DNA of 64,000 nt from contig CAVUKA010000001.1 of the NCBI GenBank assembly GCA_963741945.1, forward strand, positions 256,001-320,000, written 5' to 3'. Positions 9,705 through 20,425 of the stretch are shown here, in pieces (within the stretch, counting starts at the first letter, position 1; every line of letters begins with the position of its first letter). Position numbers and translations under genes: made by a program. Under the pieces are notes generated by a model. That model had not been told where the DNA came from, searched no databases, and saw only the letters and a program-made list of their open reading frames with translations. The DNA comes from an uncultured Gemmatimonadales bacterium (GTDB taxonomy: Bacteria > Gemmatimonadota > Gemmatimonadetes > Longimicrobiales > RSA9).

Positions 9705-9905
9705 TTACGGCGTGGCCGGCTGCTCCGACACCTGCACGCTGAACCGGATGGAGTCCGACCCGCGCGACGAAACCTCCAGCGGCGTCTGGCAGTAGCTGCA
9801 CCGGATCACGGCCATCTCCTGCGCCGGCCCCAGCTCCGCCGTATCCCGGTGACCGCACACCGGGCACCGGTACGTCCCGCTCCGACCCCCTGTCGATTGC
9901 GCCAT
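9705..9905 (-). CDS. Small zinc-ribbon protein (66 aa)
   Basis: CPVC...CSYC; SD GGAGGAG before ATG 9905. Confidence 0.75.
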   Translation of the reverse strand: MAQSTGGRSGTYRCPVCGHRDTAELGPAQEMAVIRCSYCQTPLEVSSRGSDSIRFSVQVSEQPATP

Positions 9906-10033
9906 GGACTCCTCCAACTCGGGACGCCGTGCCGCGCACTCTCAGCGCGCGAGATGCATGCCATCTCACCCCGGTTCCCGGCGCATCCGATCCGGACGCA
10001 CGCCCCCCCGGGGTCCCCACGCCCCCCGCATCC

Positions 10034-10062
10034 ACCCTAACCGGCCCCCGGGGCAGCGTCAA
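10034..10062 (-). promoter_or_regulatory. sigma70-type promoter between gap and the zinc-ribbon gene
   Basis: TTGACG-N17-TAGGGT. Confidence 0.55.
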
Positions 10063-10119
10063 TAGCGCCAATGTTCCAGCAGTCTCATAGGTCAATTGCC
10101 ATAGCCGCCTGCGCGGCAA

Positions 10120-11882
<1,763 letters not shown>

Positions 11883-11941
11883 GGCTCGAATCCCGCCCCG
11901 GAGCCGGGGCGGCGCCATGGTCGCGCGGGACGGCGCCGGAG

Positions 11942-12784
11942 CTAGTGCTCCGCCCCGGTCAGGAGGGAGGCCCGCATCGCATCGAGGTCGGGCTCGTGGC
12001 GGGGGAACCATTGGCGGAAGCTGGCGGCACCCTGCTGGAGGAGCATCTCCGTCCCATCCGCGGCGACGATCCCCCGTGCTCGTGCCTCGCGCACCCAGCG
12101 CGTTCCGCCCGCCCGGTACACCAGGTCCATCACGGCCCCGACACGTGCGGGGCCCTCGAGGTCGACGGGGTGCGGATCGTCCGGCGCGAGGCCCAGCGTG
12201 GTGGCGTTGACCACGAGGTCGTACCCTTCTCGGCCGAGGCGCGCTCTGTCCTCGAGCACCGTCACCCGGCGCCCGCGGGGATCGAGCGCCGCCGCCACGA
12301 GGCGCGCCCGCTCGGGCGAGCGATTGAGCACGTGGACGGCATCGGCACGGGCGTCCAGGAGACCGGACACCACCGCCCGGGCGGCGCCCCCGGCGCCGAG
12401 GACGAGGGCACGCGCGCCCGCGGGCGAGCCGATCAGCGTGCGGCAGGCGGCCGTGAACCCCGCCACGTCCGTGTTGTCCCCGTGGACCAGCTCGTCCTGT
12501 CCCCAGAACGTGTTGCACGCTCCCGTTCGGGTCACCGCCGCCGTGGGCCGATCGAGCGCGCGCGCGGCCGCCGTCTTGTGGGGGAGCGTCACGTTCCCGC
12601 CACCCCCGGCGAGAGCGACGGCGCGCAGCAGGGCGGGCAGGATGGCCGCGTCGCAGCGGAGCGCGAGGTAGACGGCATCGAGGTCGGCGGCCCGGAGCGC
12701 CGCGTTCTGAAACCGCGGTGAAAGGGAGTGCTCCACGGGATCGCCCAGGAGCGCCAGCAGCCGGGTTCCCGCGCCGGGGTTCAC
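11942..12784 (-). CDS. aroE: Shikimate dehydrogenase
   Basis: GDPVEHSLSP, NVTLPHK, GACNT, GDNTD, GAGGAARA, NATTLG, DLVY, MLLQQG. Confidence 0.95.
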   Translation of the reverse strand: MNPGAGTRLLALLGDPVEHSLSPRFQNAALRAADLDAVYLALRCDAAILPALLRAVALAGGGGNVTLPHKTAAARALDRPTAAVTRTGACNTFWGQDELVHGDNTDVAGFTAACRTLIGSPAGARALVLGAGGAARAVVSGLLDARADAVHVLNRSPERARLVAAALDPRGRRVTVLEDRARLGREGYDLVVNATTLGLAPDDPHPVDLEGPARVGAVMDLVYRAGGTRWVREARARGIVAADGTEMLLQQGAASFRQWFPRHEPDLDAMRASLLTGAEH

Positions 12785-12797
12785 GGGCGTGGCGGCC

Positions 12798-13289
12798 TCA
12801 GGGGGCGAGGATCGGCTCGAGGCCGGCCAGGACTGCGCTCACCGCCTCGGCGATCTCGTCCCGGGTGGCCCGGTACACGGCCAGGTCCCCGCCGATCGGA
12901 TCGACCACGGGCTGGCCCGCGCGCTCGTCCGGCAGGAACTCCGTGAGAAGCGCCACCTTGTCCTCGCCGCCCATGGCGTGCACGGCGTCCATGTGACTCC
13001 CGCTCATGACCAGGATGGTGTCCGCCCACTCCACCAGCTCCGGGGTCAGCATCGAGGCCTCGTGCGCCCCCAGCTCTACCCCGGCCTCCGCGAGCACGAC
13101 GGGGACCGCCTCGGATGCCGGTGACCCGGGCAGCGCAGCAATCCCCGCGGAGCGCACCGAAACCTGGTTCCAGCCGCGCTCCTCGAGCGCGTGTCGCGCG
13201 AGCGCCGCGGCCATCGGACTGCGGCAGGTGTTCCCCGTGCACACGAACAGGAGGTTGTAGCTGGTCCCCGCCGAACCGTTTTCGCTCAT
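12798..13289 (-). CDS. Low-molecular-weight protein phosphatase, YwlE-like (arginine phosphatase candidate)
   Basis: P-loop FVCTGNTCRSPMA, SAG, DPIGG. Confidence 0.88.
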   Translation of the reverse strand: MSENGSAGTSYNLLFVCTGNTCRSPMAAALARHALEERGWNQVSVRSAGIAALPGSPASEAVPVVLAEAGVELGAHEASMLTPELVEWADTILVMSGSHMDAVHAMGGEDKVALLTEFLPDERAGQPVVDPIGGDLAVYRATRDEIAEAVSAVLAGLEPILAP

Positions 13290-13909
13290 CGGATATCCAC
13301 CAGGGCTGTCAGCTCCGACGTCGGGATCGCCCCTTCACGGAGCACCCGGACTCCCTCACCACAACGCACGATCGTCGACGGAAGGGCGAACGGCAACTCG
13401 CCCGCGTCCAGCACGAGCGCGCCCGGAATGGCTGCGGCCACGACGCCGGCCGCCTCTCCGCTCCGGGCGGGCGGGCGGCCGGGCAGGTTGGCGCTGGTCG
13501 ACGTGACCGGGCCGCCCGCCGCCGCGAGCAGGTCCGTCACGGCAGGGTGCGGCGAAACGCGGACGGCCACGGCACCATCCGGACCTACGACCTGTGCGGG
13601 GAAACGGCCGGGCGGCGCGCTCAGGGCCAGCGTGAGCGGACCCGGCCAGAACCGCTCGGCCAACCGATCCGCCTCGGCCGTCCAGACCAGGTCCTCCACA
13701 TCGGACCGCCCGCGGATCAACACGAGGAACGGCCGGCCAGCCTTGAACGCGGCCAGGGCTTCCAGCGCTCGCGGCAGCAGCGTGCACCCCACACCGTACA
13801 CGGTCTCCGTGGGGTAGACGACGAGACCCCCCCGCGTCAGGTGCCTCTCGACCGCCTCTCCGGCCGCGGAACGATCGGCGGCCGACCCGTACGGCACACG
13901 CCCGCTCAC
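13286..13909 (-). CDS. tsaC: L-threonylcarbamoyladenylate synthase (TsaC/YrdC)
   Basis: YPTETVYG, FWPGPLT, VAVR, STSAN, PSTIV; GTG overlaps the ispD stop. Confidence 0.9.
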   Translation of the reverse strand: MSGRVPYGSAADRSAAGEAVERHLTRGGLVVYPTETVYGVGCTLLPRALEALAAFKAGRPFLVLIRGRSDVEDLVWTAEADRLAERFWPGPLTLALSAPPGRFPAQVVGPDGAVAVRVSPHPAVTDLLAAAGGPVTSTSANLPGRPPARSGEAAGVVAAAIPGALVLDAGELPFALPSTIVRCGEGVRVLREGAIPTSELTALVDIR

Positions 13910-14601
13910 CGGCCCGCCGCCTCCACACCGGCCCCGCCAGCGCGCAGCAGCGCTTCCGCCACACGCAGATCGGCGGGCCGCGTCACTTTCAGGTTGCGCG
14001 CGCTCCCCTCGACCACCACCACGCGACCTCCATAGTGCTCCACCAGCGCTGCGTCGTCCGTCGCTTCCACCCCGTCCGTCGCCGCACGGGCGTACGTCTC
14101 CACGATGAGGGCGCGGGGAAAGGCCTGCGGCGTCTGCGCGGACCACAGCGCCTCTCTCGGCGCCGTCGCCGTGACGGCGCCGCTCTCGTCCACTCGCTTC
14201 AGGGTGTCGGACACGGGAACGGCCGCGATCACACTCACTCCGCCCGCGGCGACCGCCACCACCCGGTCCAGCACCGACCGCTCCAGCAGCGGACGGGCGG
14301 CGTCGTGGATGAACACGGCGTCGGCCTCGGGCGGCACGGCCGCCAGCGCAGCCCGCACCGACGCGCCGCGCGTGGACCCGCCGGCCACGATGGTCACCGT
14401 CGCCGGGAGCGGAACGGGAGGATCGGCAACCTCCTCCGGGGGAAGGGCCACGATGACCCACTCGAACGCCGCGTGGTCCAGGAAAGGCTGGACCGCACGG
14501 CGCAGCACGGGCACGCCCGCGAGCAGGAGGTACTGCTTGCGCTTCCCGCTGCCCATGCGGGTGCCCCCGCCGGCCGCGGGGATCACGGCCGCCGCCCTCA
14601 C
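13906..14601 (-). CDS. ispD: 2-C-methyl-D-erythritol 4-phosphate cytidylyltransferase
   Basis: IPAAGGGTRMG, KQY, GGSTRGASV, IHDAARP, QTPQAF, TDD, NLKVT. Confidence 0.95.
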   Translation of the reverse strand: MRAAAVIPAAGGGTRMGSGKRKQYLLLAGVPVLRRAVQPFLDHAAFEWVIVALPPEEVADPPVPLPATVTIVAGGSTRGASVRAALAAVPPEADAVFIHDAARPLLERSVLDRVVAVAAGGVSVIAAVPVSDTLKRVDESGAVTATAPREALWSAQTPQAFPRALIVETYARAATDGVEATDDAALVEHYGGRVVVVEGSARNLKVTRPADLRVAEALLRAGGAGVEAAGR

Positions 14602-15962
14602 AGCGCCTCCAGCACGTCGCGGATGGTGGCGGCGAGGACCACCTCGAGGTCGACCGTGGGTCGCGCCCGCGCCGGGATGACGGCCGTCCGGAAGCCCAGG
14701 CGCTCCGCTTCCCCCAGCCGTCGCTCCAGCTGGCTGACCGCCCGCAGCTCGCCGCCCAGCCCCATTTCCCCGACGAACACCGTGTCCCCCGGAATGGCAC
14801 GGTCGAGAAGGGCGCTCGCCAGCGCCGCCACGACGCCGGCGTCGGCGGCGGGCTCCGTGAGCCGGACGCCACCCACCACGTTCAGGAAGACATCCTGCTC
14901 GCCGAACGCGAGCCCCGCCCGCTTCTCCAGCACGGCCAGGAGGAGCGCCAGACGCTGGCGATCGAAGCCCGTCGTGACCCGCTGTGGCGCGCCGTAGGCC
15001 GACCGGGTGCAGAGCGCCTGCACCTCCACCAGGAGCGGCCGCGTCCCTTCCAGCGTGCACACCACCGCGGTCCCGCTCACCCCTTCCGTGCGCTCCCCCA
15101 GGAAGAGCTCCGACGGGCTGTCCACCGCTTCCAGCCCCTCGGACGTCATCCGGAACACGCCGATCTCGTCCACGCCGCCGAACCGGTTCTTGTTCGCACG
15201 CAGGACCCGGTGGTCCAGGCTCCGACTCCCCTCGAAGTAGAGGACCGTGTCCACGATATGCTCCAGCGTGCGCGGTCCCGCCACCGTACCGCCCTTCGTC
15301 ACGTGCCCCACGAGGAACACCGCCGTGGACGTCTCCTTGGCGAACCGCTGGAGCCGGGCCGCGCACTCCCGCACCTGCGTCACGTTCCCCGGCGCGCCGT
15401 CGAGGTCTTCCGTGTACGTGGTCTGGATCGAGTCCACCACCAGCGCGGCGGGGCGCTGTTCCGCAGCCCGCTCCAGGATCGTCCCGAGCTCGGTCTCGCC
15501 CAGGAAGATGACGTCGGCCGCCCCGCCACCGAGCCGGTCCGCCCGCAGGCGCACCTGGGCCGCCGATTCCTCACCGGAGATGTAGAGCGTGGCGCGGCCG
15601 GAGGCCTGGAGCCGCGCGGCCACCTGGAGGAGGAGCGTGCTCTTCCCGATCCCCGGCTCTCCTCCCAGCAGGATCAGCGACCCGGGGACCACGCCACCGC
15701 CCAGCACGAAGTCCAGCTCGCGAATGCCGGTGGACCAGCGGCCCGTGGCGTCGGGGCGCACCTCGCTCAACGGCGCCGCCCGTGCCGGCTCGGCCGCCTG
15801 GAAGGCGCGGCCGTGTCGGGATCCGCCTTTCCTGGCGCCGGCAGTGGTCGCGCGCGGCTCCTCGGCCAGGCTGTTCCACGCGCCGCAGGCGGGGCACTGC
15901 CCCTGCCAGCGCGGCGTCTCGTTGCCGCATTCGGTGCAGAAGAAAGCCGTGCGTGTCTTCAC
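14598..15962 (-). CDS. radA: DNA repair protein RadA/Sms
   Basis: CTECG..W.GQCPAC, GEPGIGKST, KNRFG, Lon-like C-terminus. Confidence 0.98.
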   Translation of the reverse strand: MKTRTAFFCTECGNETPRWQGQCPACGAWNSLAEEPRATTAGARKGGSRHGRAFQAAEPARAAPLSEVRPDATGRWSTGIRELDFVLGGGVVPGSLILLGGEPGIGKSTLLLQVAARLQASGRATLYISGEESAAQVRLRADRLGGGAADVIFLGETELGTILERAAEQRPAALVVDSIQTTYTEDLDGAPGNVTQVRECAARLQRFAKETSTAVFLVGHVTKGGTVAGPRTLEHIVDTVLYFEGSRSLDHRVLRANKNRFGGVDEIGVFRMTSEGLEAVDSPSELFLGERTEGVSGTAVVCTLEGTRPLLVEVQALCTRSAYGAPQRVTTGFDRQRLALLLAVLEKRAGLAFGEQDVFLNVVGGVRLTEPAADAGVVAALASALLDRAIPGDTVFVGEMGLGGELRAVSQLERRLGEAERLGFRTAVIPARARPTVDLEVVLAATIRDVLEAL

Positions 15963-16059
15963 GTGGTGGCCGTGTTCGTGCTCGATCGGGGTCGCGGTCG
16001 GCCTCGTCGGCGGTGGTGCCGGTATGCGTGCGGCGCCGTCGGCGCCCGGCGCTGGGGGC

Positions 16060-17448
16060 CTAGAACGGCTCGCTCTGCGCCAGCGACTCGAAGCGCGTGC
16101 TCTCCTTGCGGAAGAAGAGCTCGACGATCCCCGTGGGTCCGTTCCGCTGCTTGCCGATGATCAGCTCCGCCTTCCCGGCCAGCCCCTGCTCCTGCGCTTC
16201 CATGTCGGATAGATAGTACTCGGGGCGGTACAGGAACATGACCAGATCGGCATCCTGCTCGATGGAACCGGACTCCCTCAGGTCCGACAGCTGCGGCCGG
16301 TGGTCGCTCCGCTGCTCCGGCGCACGCGAAAGCTGCGAAAGCGCGATCACGGGCACTTCCAGCTCCTTGGCCAGCGCTTTCAGACCGCGGCTGATCTCGC
16401 TCACTTCCTGCTGCCGGTTCTCGGCGTTCTTCGCCCCGCCCTGCATCAGCTGGAGGTAGTCCACCACCACGAGACCCAGCTCCGGCTGCTCCGTCTTCAG
16501 ACGCCTGGCCTTCCCCCGCATCTCCAGCACGTTCAGCGCGCCGGAATCGTCGATCCAGATCGGGGCGGTGTTCAGGTGCGCCGCCGCCTGCGCCAGCCGG
16601 ACGTAGTCGTCGTCCGTGAGTCGGCCGCGCAGCAGTCGGCCCAGGTCCACCAGCGCTTCCGAGCACAGCATCCGCTGCACGAGCTGCTCTTTCGACATCT
16701 CCAGCGAGAAGAGCGCGACCGGGGTCTGCTGGCTGATCGCCGCGTGGAGCAGCAGCGAGATCACCAGCGCCGTCTTCCCCATGGACGGCCGCGCGGCGAT
16801 GATGACCAGGTCCCCCTTCTGGAACCCGCCCGTCTTCCCATCCAGGTCGGGGAAGCCGGTGCCCACGCCCGTGATCCCGCCCTGCGCGGCCTGCAGCTGC
16901 TCGATCCGCTCGAACGTGGGATACAGGATCTTCTTGATCCACACGAACCCCTGTCGCTCGTGCGACTGCGCCACCTGGAAGATCCGGTGCTCCGCCCCGT
17001 CCAGGAGCTCCTCCACCGTGCGCTCCCCCGGCTGATAGACGTCCTGGATGATCGATGACGACGCCTCGATCAGCCGCCGCATCAGCGCCCGCTCCCGGAC
17101 GATCCGGGCGTGGTAATCGATGTTCGCGGCCGTGGGAACGGCGTCGAGGAGCTCCGCCAGGTACGGCAGCCCGCCCGCCTGCTCCATCTCCCCCGTCTGC
17201 CGCAGGTCCTCCGCTACCGTGGTCGGGTCCACCACTTCCCCGCGCTGGAACAGGCGGGCCATGGAACGGAAGACCCGGCGGTGCCCCTCGCGGTAGAACA
17301 TGGAGTCGTCCAGCACCTCCACGGCCTTGGCAACGGCGTCCCCGTCGATCAGCATGCCGCCGAGCACGCTCACCTCCGCCTCAGCTGCGTAGGGCAGCTG
17401 GCGATCCGGGGCGCGGAACGGAATGATTTCCGGCTCAGACGTGCTCAT
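16060..17448 (-). CDS. dnaB: Replicative DNA helicase
   Basis: AARPSMGKT, FSLEM, DYLQL, LSQLSR, SDLRESGSIEQDAD, KQRNGPTG; no intein. Confidence 0.98.
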   Translation of the reverse strand: MSTSEPEIIPFRAPDRQLPYAAEAEVSVLGGMLIDGDAVAKAVEVLDDSMFYREGHRRVFRSMARLFQRGEVVDPTTVAEDLRQTGEMEQAGGLPYLAELLDAVPTAANIDYHARIVRERALMRRLIEASSSIIQDVYQPGERTVEELLDGAEHRIFQVAQSHERQGFVWIKKILYPTFERIEQLQAAQGGITGVGTGFPDLDGKTGGFQKGDLVIIAARPSMGKTALVISLLLHAAISQQTPVALFSLEMSKEQLVQRMLCSEALVDLGRLLRGRLTDDDYVRLAQAAAHLNTAPIWIDDSGALNVLEMRGKARRLKTEQPELGLVVVDYLQLMQGGAKNAENRQQEVSEISRGLKALAKELEVPVIALSQLSRAPEQRSDHRPQLSDLRESGSIEQDADLVMFLYRPEYYLSDMEAQEQGLAGKAELIIGKQRNGPTGIVELFFRKESTRFESLAQSEPF

Positions 17449-18208
17449 CCAGCACCTGTCTCATGAGTTGCAGGTCTTGCCATGTCTTCCGTGTCGCGGC
17501 CGGGCTCCGCAGCAGGTACGCCGGGTGATACGTCGCCACCACGGGGATGCCGCGGTACGTGTGCACCTGGCCCCGCAGCCGGCCGATGGGGGCTTCCGTG
17601 CCCGTGAGCATCTGCGCCGAGAACTTCCCCGCGGCCAGGAGGACCTTGGGCGCGATGGTCTCCAGCTGCTGATGGAGGTAGGGGGAGCACGCGGCCACCT
17701 CGTCCGCCATGGGGTCCCGGTTGCCCGGGGGACGACACTTGAGGACGTTGCAGATGTACACGCTCTCGCGATCGAACCCCACCGACAGCAGCAACAGGTC
17801 CAGCAGCTTCCCCGCCGGCCCGACGAACGGCTCTCCCGTCCGATCCTCCTCGCCGCCCGGCGCCTCGCCCACCACCACCAGATCGGCCCGCTCGCTGCCC
17901 CGCCCGAAGACCACGTTCCGCCGGCCTTCGCTCAGGCGGCAGCGCGTGCACCCGCTCGCTTCCGCCCGCAGGACGGACAGCGCCCGCCCACCGGACCCCG
18001 CCTCCACCGCCCCGCCGGACGCCCGCTCGGGCTGCGCCACGGACGCCGCTCTCGGCAAGGCCGCGACCTGTGCCGCCACGGCTTCCACGGGACCCCGCCG
18101 AAGCAGGCTCACCGCTTCTTCGGCAGTCATGGAATCGAGATACAGCTCGTCGATGCCGAGCTCACGGAGCTCGCGCAGCACGGCGGCGATGGTCGCCTGT
18201 TCGTCCAC
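17435..18208 (-). CDS. Uracil-DNA glycosylase family 4 (4Fe-4S)
   Basis: CTRC.L, GEAPG.EED..G.PFVG.AG, NVLKCRPP.NR, TYHPAYLLR. Confidence 0.95.
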   Translation of the reverse strand: MDEQATIAAVLRELRELGIDELYLDSMTAEEAVSLLRRGPVEAVAAQVAALPRAASVAQPERASGGAVEAGSGGRALSVLRAEASGCTRCRLSEGRRNVVFGRGSERADLVVVGEAPGGEEDRTGEPFVGPAGKLLDLLLLSVGFDRESVYICNVLKCRPPGNRDPMADEVAACSPYLHQQLETIAPKVLLAAGKFSAQMLTGTEAPIGRLRGQVHTYRGIPVVATYHPAYLLRSPAATRKTWQDLQLMRQVLDEHV

Positions 18209-18211
18209 CGT

Positions 18212-19462
18212 CTACCCGTCCGGGAACGGCAGCCGCCGCTCCACCCGGTCGAGGATGCGCTCCGCCACTTCCTCTTTCGCGAGCAGCGGCAGCGCCTCCG
18301 TCTCGCCTTCGCGCTCCAGCAGGACCACCCGGTTGGTCTCCGCCTCGAAGCCCGTCTCCGGCCCCACCTGGTTCAGCACCACCAGGTCGAGTCCCTTGGC
18401 CACGAGCTTCCGGCGAGCTTCCTCCTCCCCAGCCTCCGTCTCCAGGGCGAAGCCCACCACCACGCACCCCGAGCGACGATCCTGCTGCGTATCCAGCAGA
18501 ATGTCGGGGGCGGGATCGAGCGCCAGCGTGTCCGGCGCGCTCTCCTTCTTCAGCTTGGTGGTCGCCGGCGAGCGCGGCCGGAAGTCCGCCGGGGCCGCCG
18601 CCATGATCAGAACATCCGCGTCCGCCAGCGCTCTGCGCACCGCGTTCAACAGCTCGGCCGCGCTCTCCACGCGCTGGACCCGCGGTCCGGGCGGAGGCGG
18701 GAGCAGCGTCGGGCCGGCGATGAGGGTGACTTCCGCCCCACGTCGCCATGCCGCCGCGGCCAGCGCGAAGCCCATCCGCCCGCTCGATCGGTTGGACAGG
18801 AAACGTACGGGATCGATCGCCTCTCGCGTGGGCCCTGCCGTCACGACCACCCGCCGCCCCGTGAATCGGCCCGATGGCTGGAGCGCGCGACCCACGTGCT
18901 CAACGATCGTTTCCGGGTCCTCCATCCGCCCCGGGCCACTCCCCTCGCCGTACGCCAGCGGGCCATTCGCCGGCCCCACCATCCGGTAGCCCAGCTCGAC
19001 CAGCCGCTGCGCGTTCACCTGCGTGGCCGGATGCGCCCACATCCCATCGTTCATCGCCGGACAGACCAGCACGGGTGACCGCGTGGCAAGCAGGATGGCG
19101 TTCAGCAGACTGTCCGACCGCCCCACCGCGGCACGCGCCATGAAGTCCGCGGTGGCCGGGGCCACGCAGATCGCCGCGGCTTCACGCGCCAGACGGATGT
19201 GGTCGAGGGCGTGGCCCGGCTCCAGCAGGTCGGAGCGCACACGGCGCCCGGTCACACCTTCGAAGGAAACCTCTCCCACGAAAGCCCGAGCCGAGCGGCT
19301 CATGACCACGTCCACCTCGGCGCCCCGGCGCGTCAGGTCCCGCGCCACCTGGACCACTTTGTACGCCGCAATCCCGCCGGTGACGCCCAGGAGCACACGC
19401 TTCCCGAGCCAGGGCCGCACGGGCCCCGTCCCGGATTCATGGCCCGGCCGCGGGGTCGCCAT
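18212..19462 (-). CDS. coaBC: Bifunctional phosphopantothenoylcysteine decarboxylase / phosphopantothenate-cysteine ligase
   Basis: GVTGGIAAYK, APATAD, PAMN..MW, TAGPTREAIDPVRFLSNRSSGRMG, VGFALET. Confidence 0.96.
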   Translation of the reverse strand: MATPRPGHESGTGPVRPWLGKRVLLGVTGGIAAYKVVQVARDLTRRGAEVDVVMSRSARAFVGEVSFEGVTGRRVRSDLLEPGHALDHIRLAREAAAICVAPATADFMARAAVGRSDSLLNAILLATRSPVLVCPAMNDGMWAHPATQVNAQRLVELGYRMVGPANGPLAYGEGSGPGRMEDPETIVEHVGRALQPSGRFTGRRVVVTAGPTREAIDPVRFLSNRSSGRMGFALAAAAWRRGAEVTLIAGPTLLPPPPGPRVQRVESAAELLNAVRRALADADVLIMAAAPADFRPRSPATTKLKKESAPDTLALDPAPDILLDTQQDRRSGCVVVGFALETEAGEEEARRKLVAKGLDLVVLNQVGPETGFEAETNRVVLLEREGETEALPLLAKEEVAERILDRVERRLPFPDG

Positions 19463-19474
19463 GGCGGGCGTCGC

Positions 19475-19693
19475 TTACAGGGAGGCGCCCCGGCGCCGCT
19501 TGATCAGACGGAACTCGATATTGCCGGCCGCGAGCGCTTCCAACGCCCGCGTGGTCAGCTTCTTACGCAGCCCGGTGGGAACGGTCTCGCGCGGGAGGGC
19601 GTTCAGCTCGCGGGCATACTTCGCCGCGACCAGAACGCCAAGATACTTACTGCCGGTGTGCTCGGAGGTGGCTCCGGGCGTGACGACGTCCAT
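19475..19693 (-). CDS. rpoZ: RNA polymerase omega subunit
   Basis: SKYLGVLVAAKYARELN...KLTTRALE; sits between gmk and coaBC. Confidence 0.88.
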   Translation of the reverse strand: MDVVTPGATSEHTGSKYLGVLVAAKYARELNALPRETVPTGLRKKLTTRALEALAAGNIEFRLIKRRRGASL

Positions 19694-19732
19694 GTTTCCT
19701 TCACTCTCTGGGGTGCGTGGCCTAGACCGAAA

Positions 19733-19762
19733 AAGGTAAGCCCGGCCGTACCTTGAGGTCAA
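19733..19762 (-). promoter_or_regulatory. sigma70-type promoter for rpoZ-coaBC
   Basis: TTGACC-N18-TACCTT. It overlaps a short AAGGTA/TACCTT inverted repeat followed by Ts. Confidence 0.5.
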
Positions 19763-19777
19763 TCGCCCGCTGGATCC

Positions 19778-20425
19778 TCAGCTCTGGCGGATCAGGGATT
19801 CCAGGCCGCGGCGGAGGGATTCGGCATGAGCGGGGAGGTCCTTCAGCCGGGCGACGCGGGCCCACTCCGCCCGCACGATGGCTTCGATCTCGCCGAACGC
19901 CTGATCCACCTCTTCGTTCACCACCACGTAGTCGAACTCCGGCGCCGCATCGATCTCGCGGCACGCGTTCGCCAGCCTGCGACGCCGCTCGTCGCTGTCC
20001 TCGCTGGCGCGTCCCGTCAAGCGCCGGGCGAGCTCCTCCGCGGACGGCGGCAGCACGAAGATGAGCAGCGCGCTGGCGAACATCTTCCGGACCTGTCTCG
20101 CGCCCTGCACGTCGATGTCCAGGACCACGGTGTTGCCGGTGCCGAGGGCCGCCGTGATCTCGCGCCGCGGAGTCCCGTAGCGGCGCCCATGGACCACGGC
20201 CCACTCCGCGAGCTCGTTCCGCTCGATCATGCGCGTGAACGTGGCGTCGTCGACGAAGTGGTAGTCGCGACCGTCCTGCTCCCGCGGCCGCGGAGGTCGC
20301 GTGGTGGCGGAGATGGAGAAGACCAGACCGGGCGTGCGTTCCACGAGCATGCGGGCGAGAGTGGTCTTGCCCGCGCCACTGGGAGCAGCCAGTACGAGGG
20401 GGAACGCCGGTCTGGTAAGACTCAC
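19778..20425 (-). CDS. gmk: Guanylate kinase
   Basis: APSGAGKTT, SISATTR.PR..E.DG.DY.F, YGT, DIDVQG, PPS. Confidence 0.97.
   Translation of the reverse strand: MSLTRPAFPLVLAAPSGAGKTTLARMLVERTPGLVFSISATTRPPRPREQDGRDYHFVDDATFTRMIERNELAEWAVVHGRRYGTPRREITAALGTGNTVVLDIDVQGARQVRKMFASALLIFVLPPSAEELARRLTGRASEDSDERRRRLANACREIDAAPEFDYVVVNEEVDQAFGEIEAIVRAEWARVARLKDLPAHAESLRRGLESLIRQS

Noticed and set aside
10071-10080. TGTTCCAGC shared by intergenic regions at ~10072 and ~48080
   Set aside because: Only a 9-mer, with no second conserved element or common spacing to a start; chance cannot be excluded.
13286-15366. Apparent long N-terminal extensions or fusions of tsaC, ispD, comF and recQ in the ORF track
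   Set aside because: The extensions overlap neighbouring genes or intergenic DNA off-frame. Downstream starts (GTGA-coupled for tsaC and ispD) give normal lengths.
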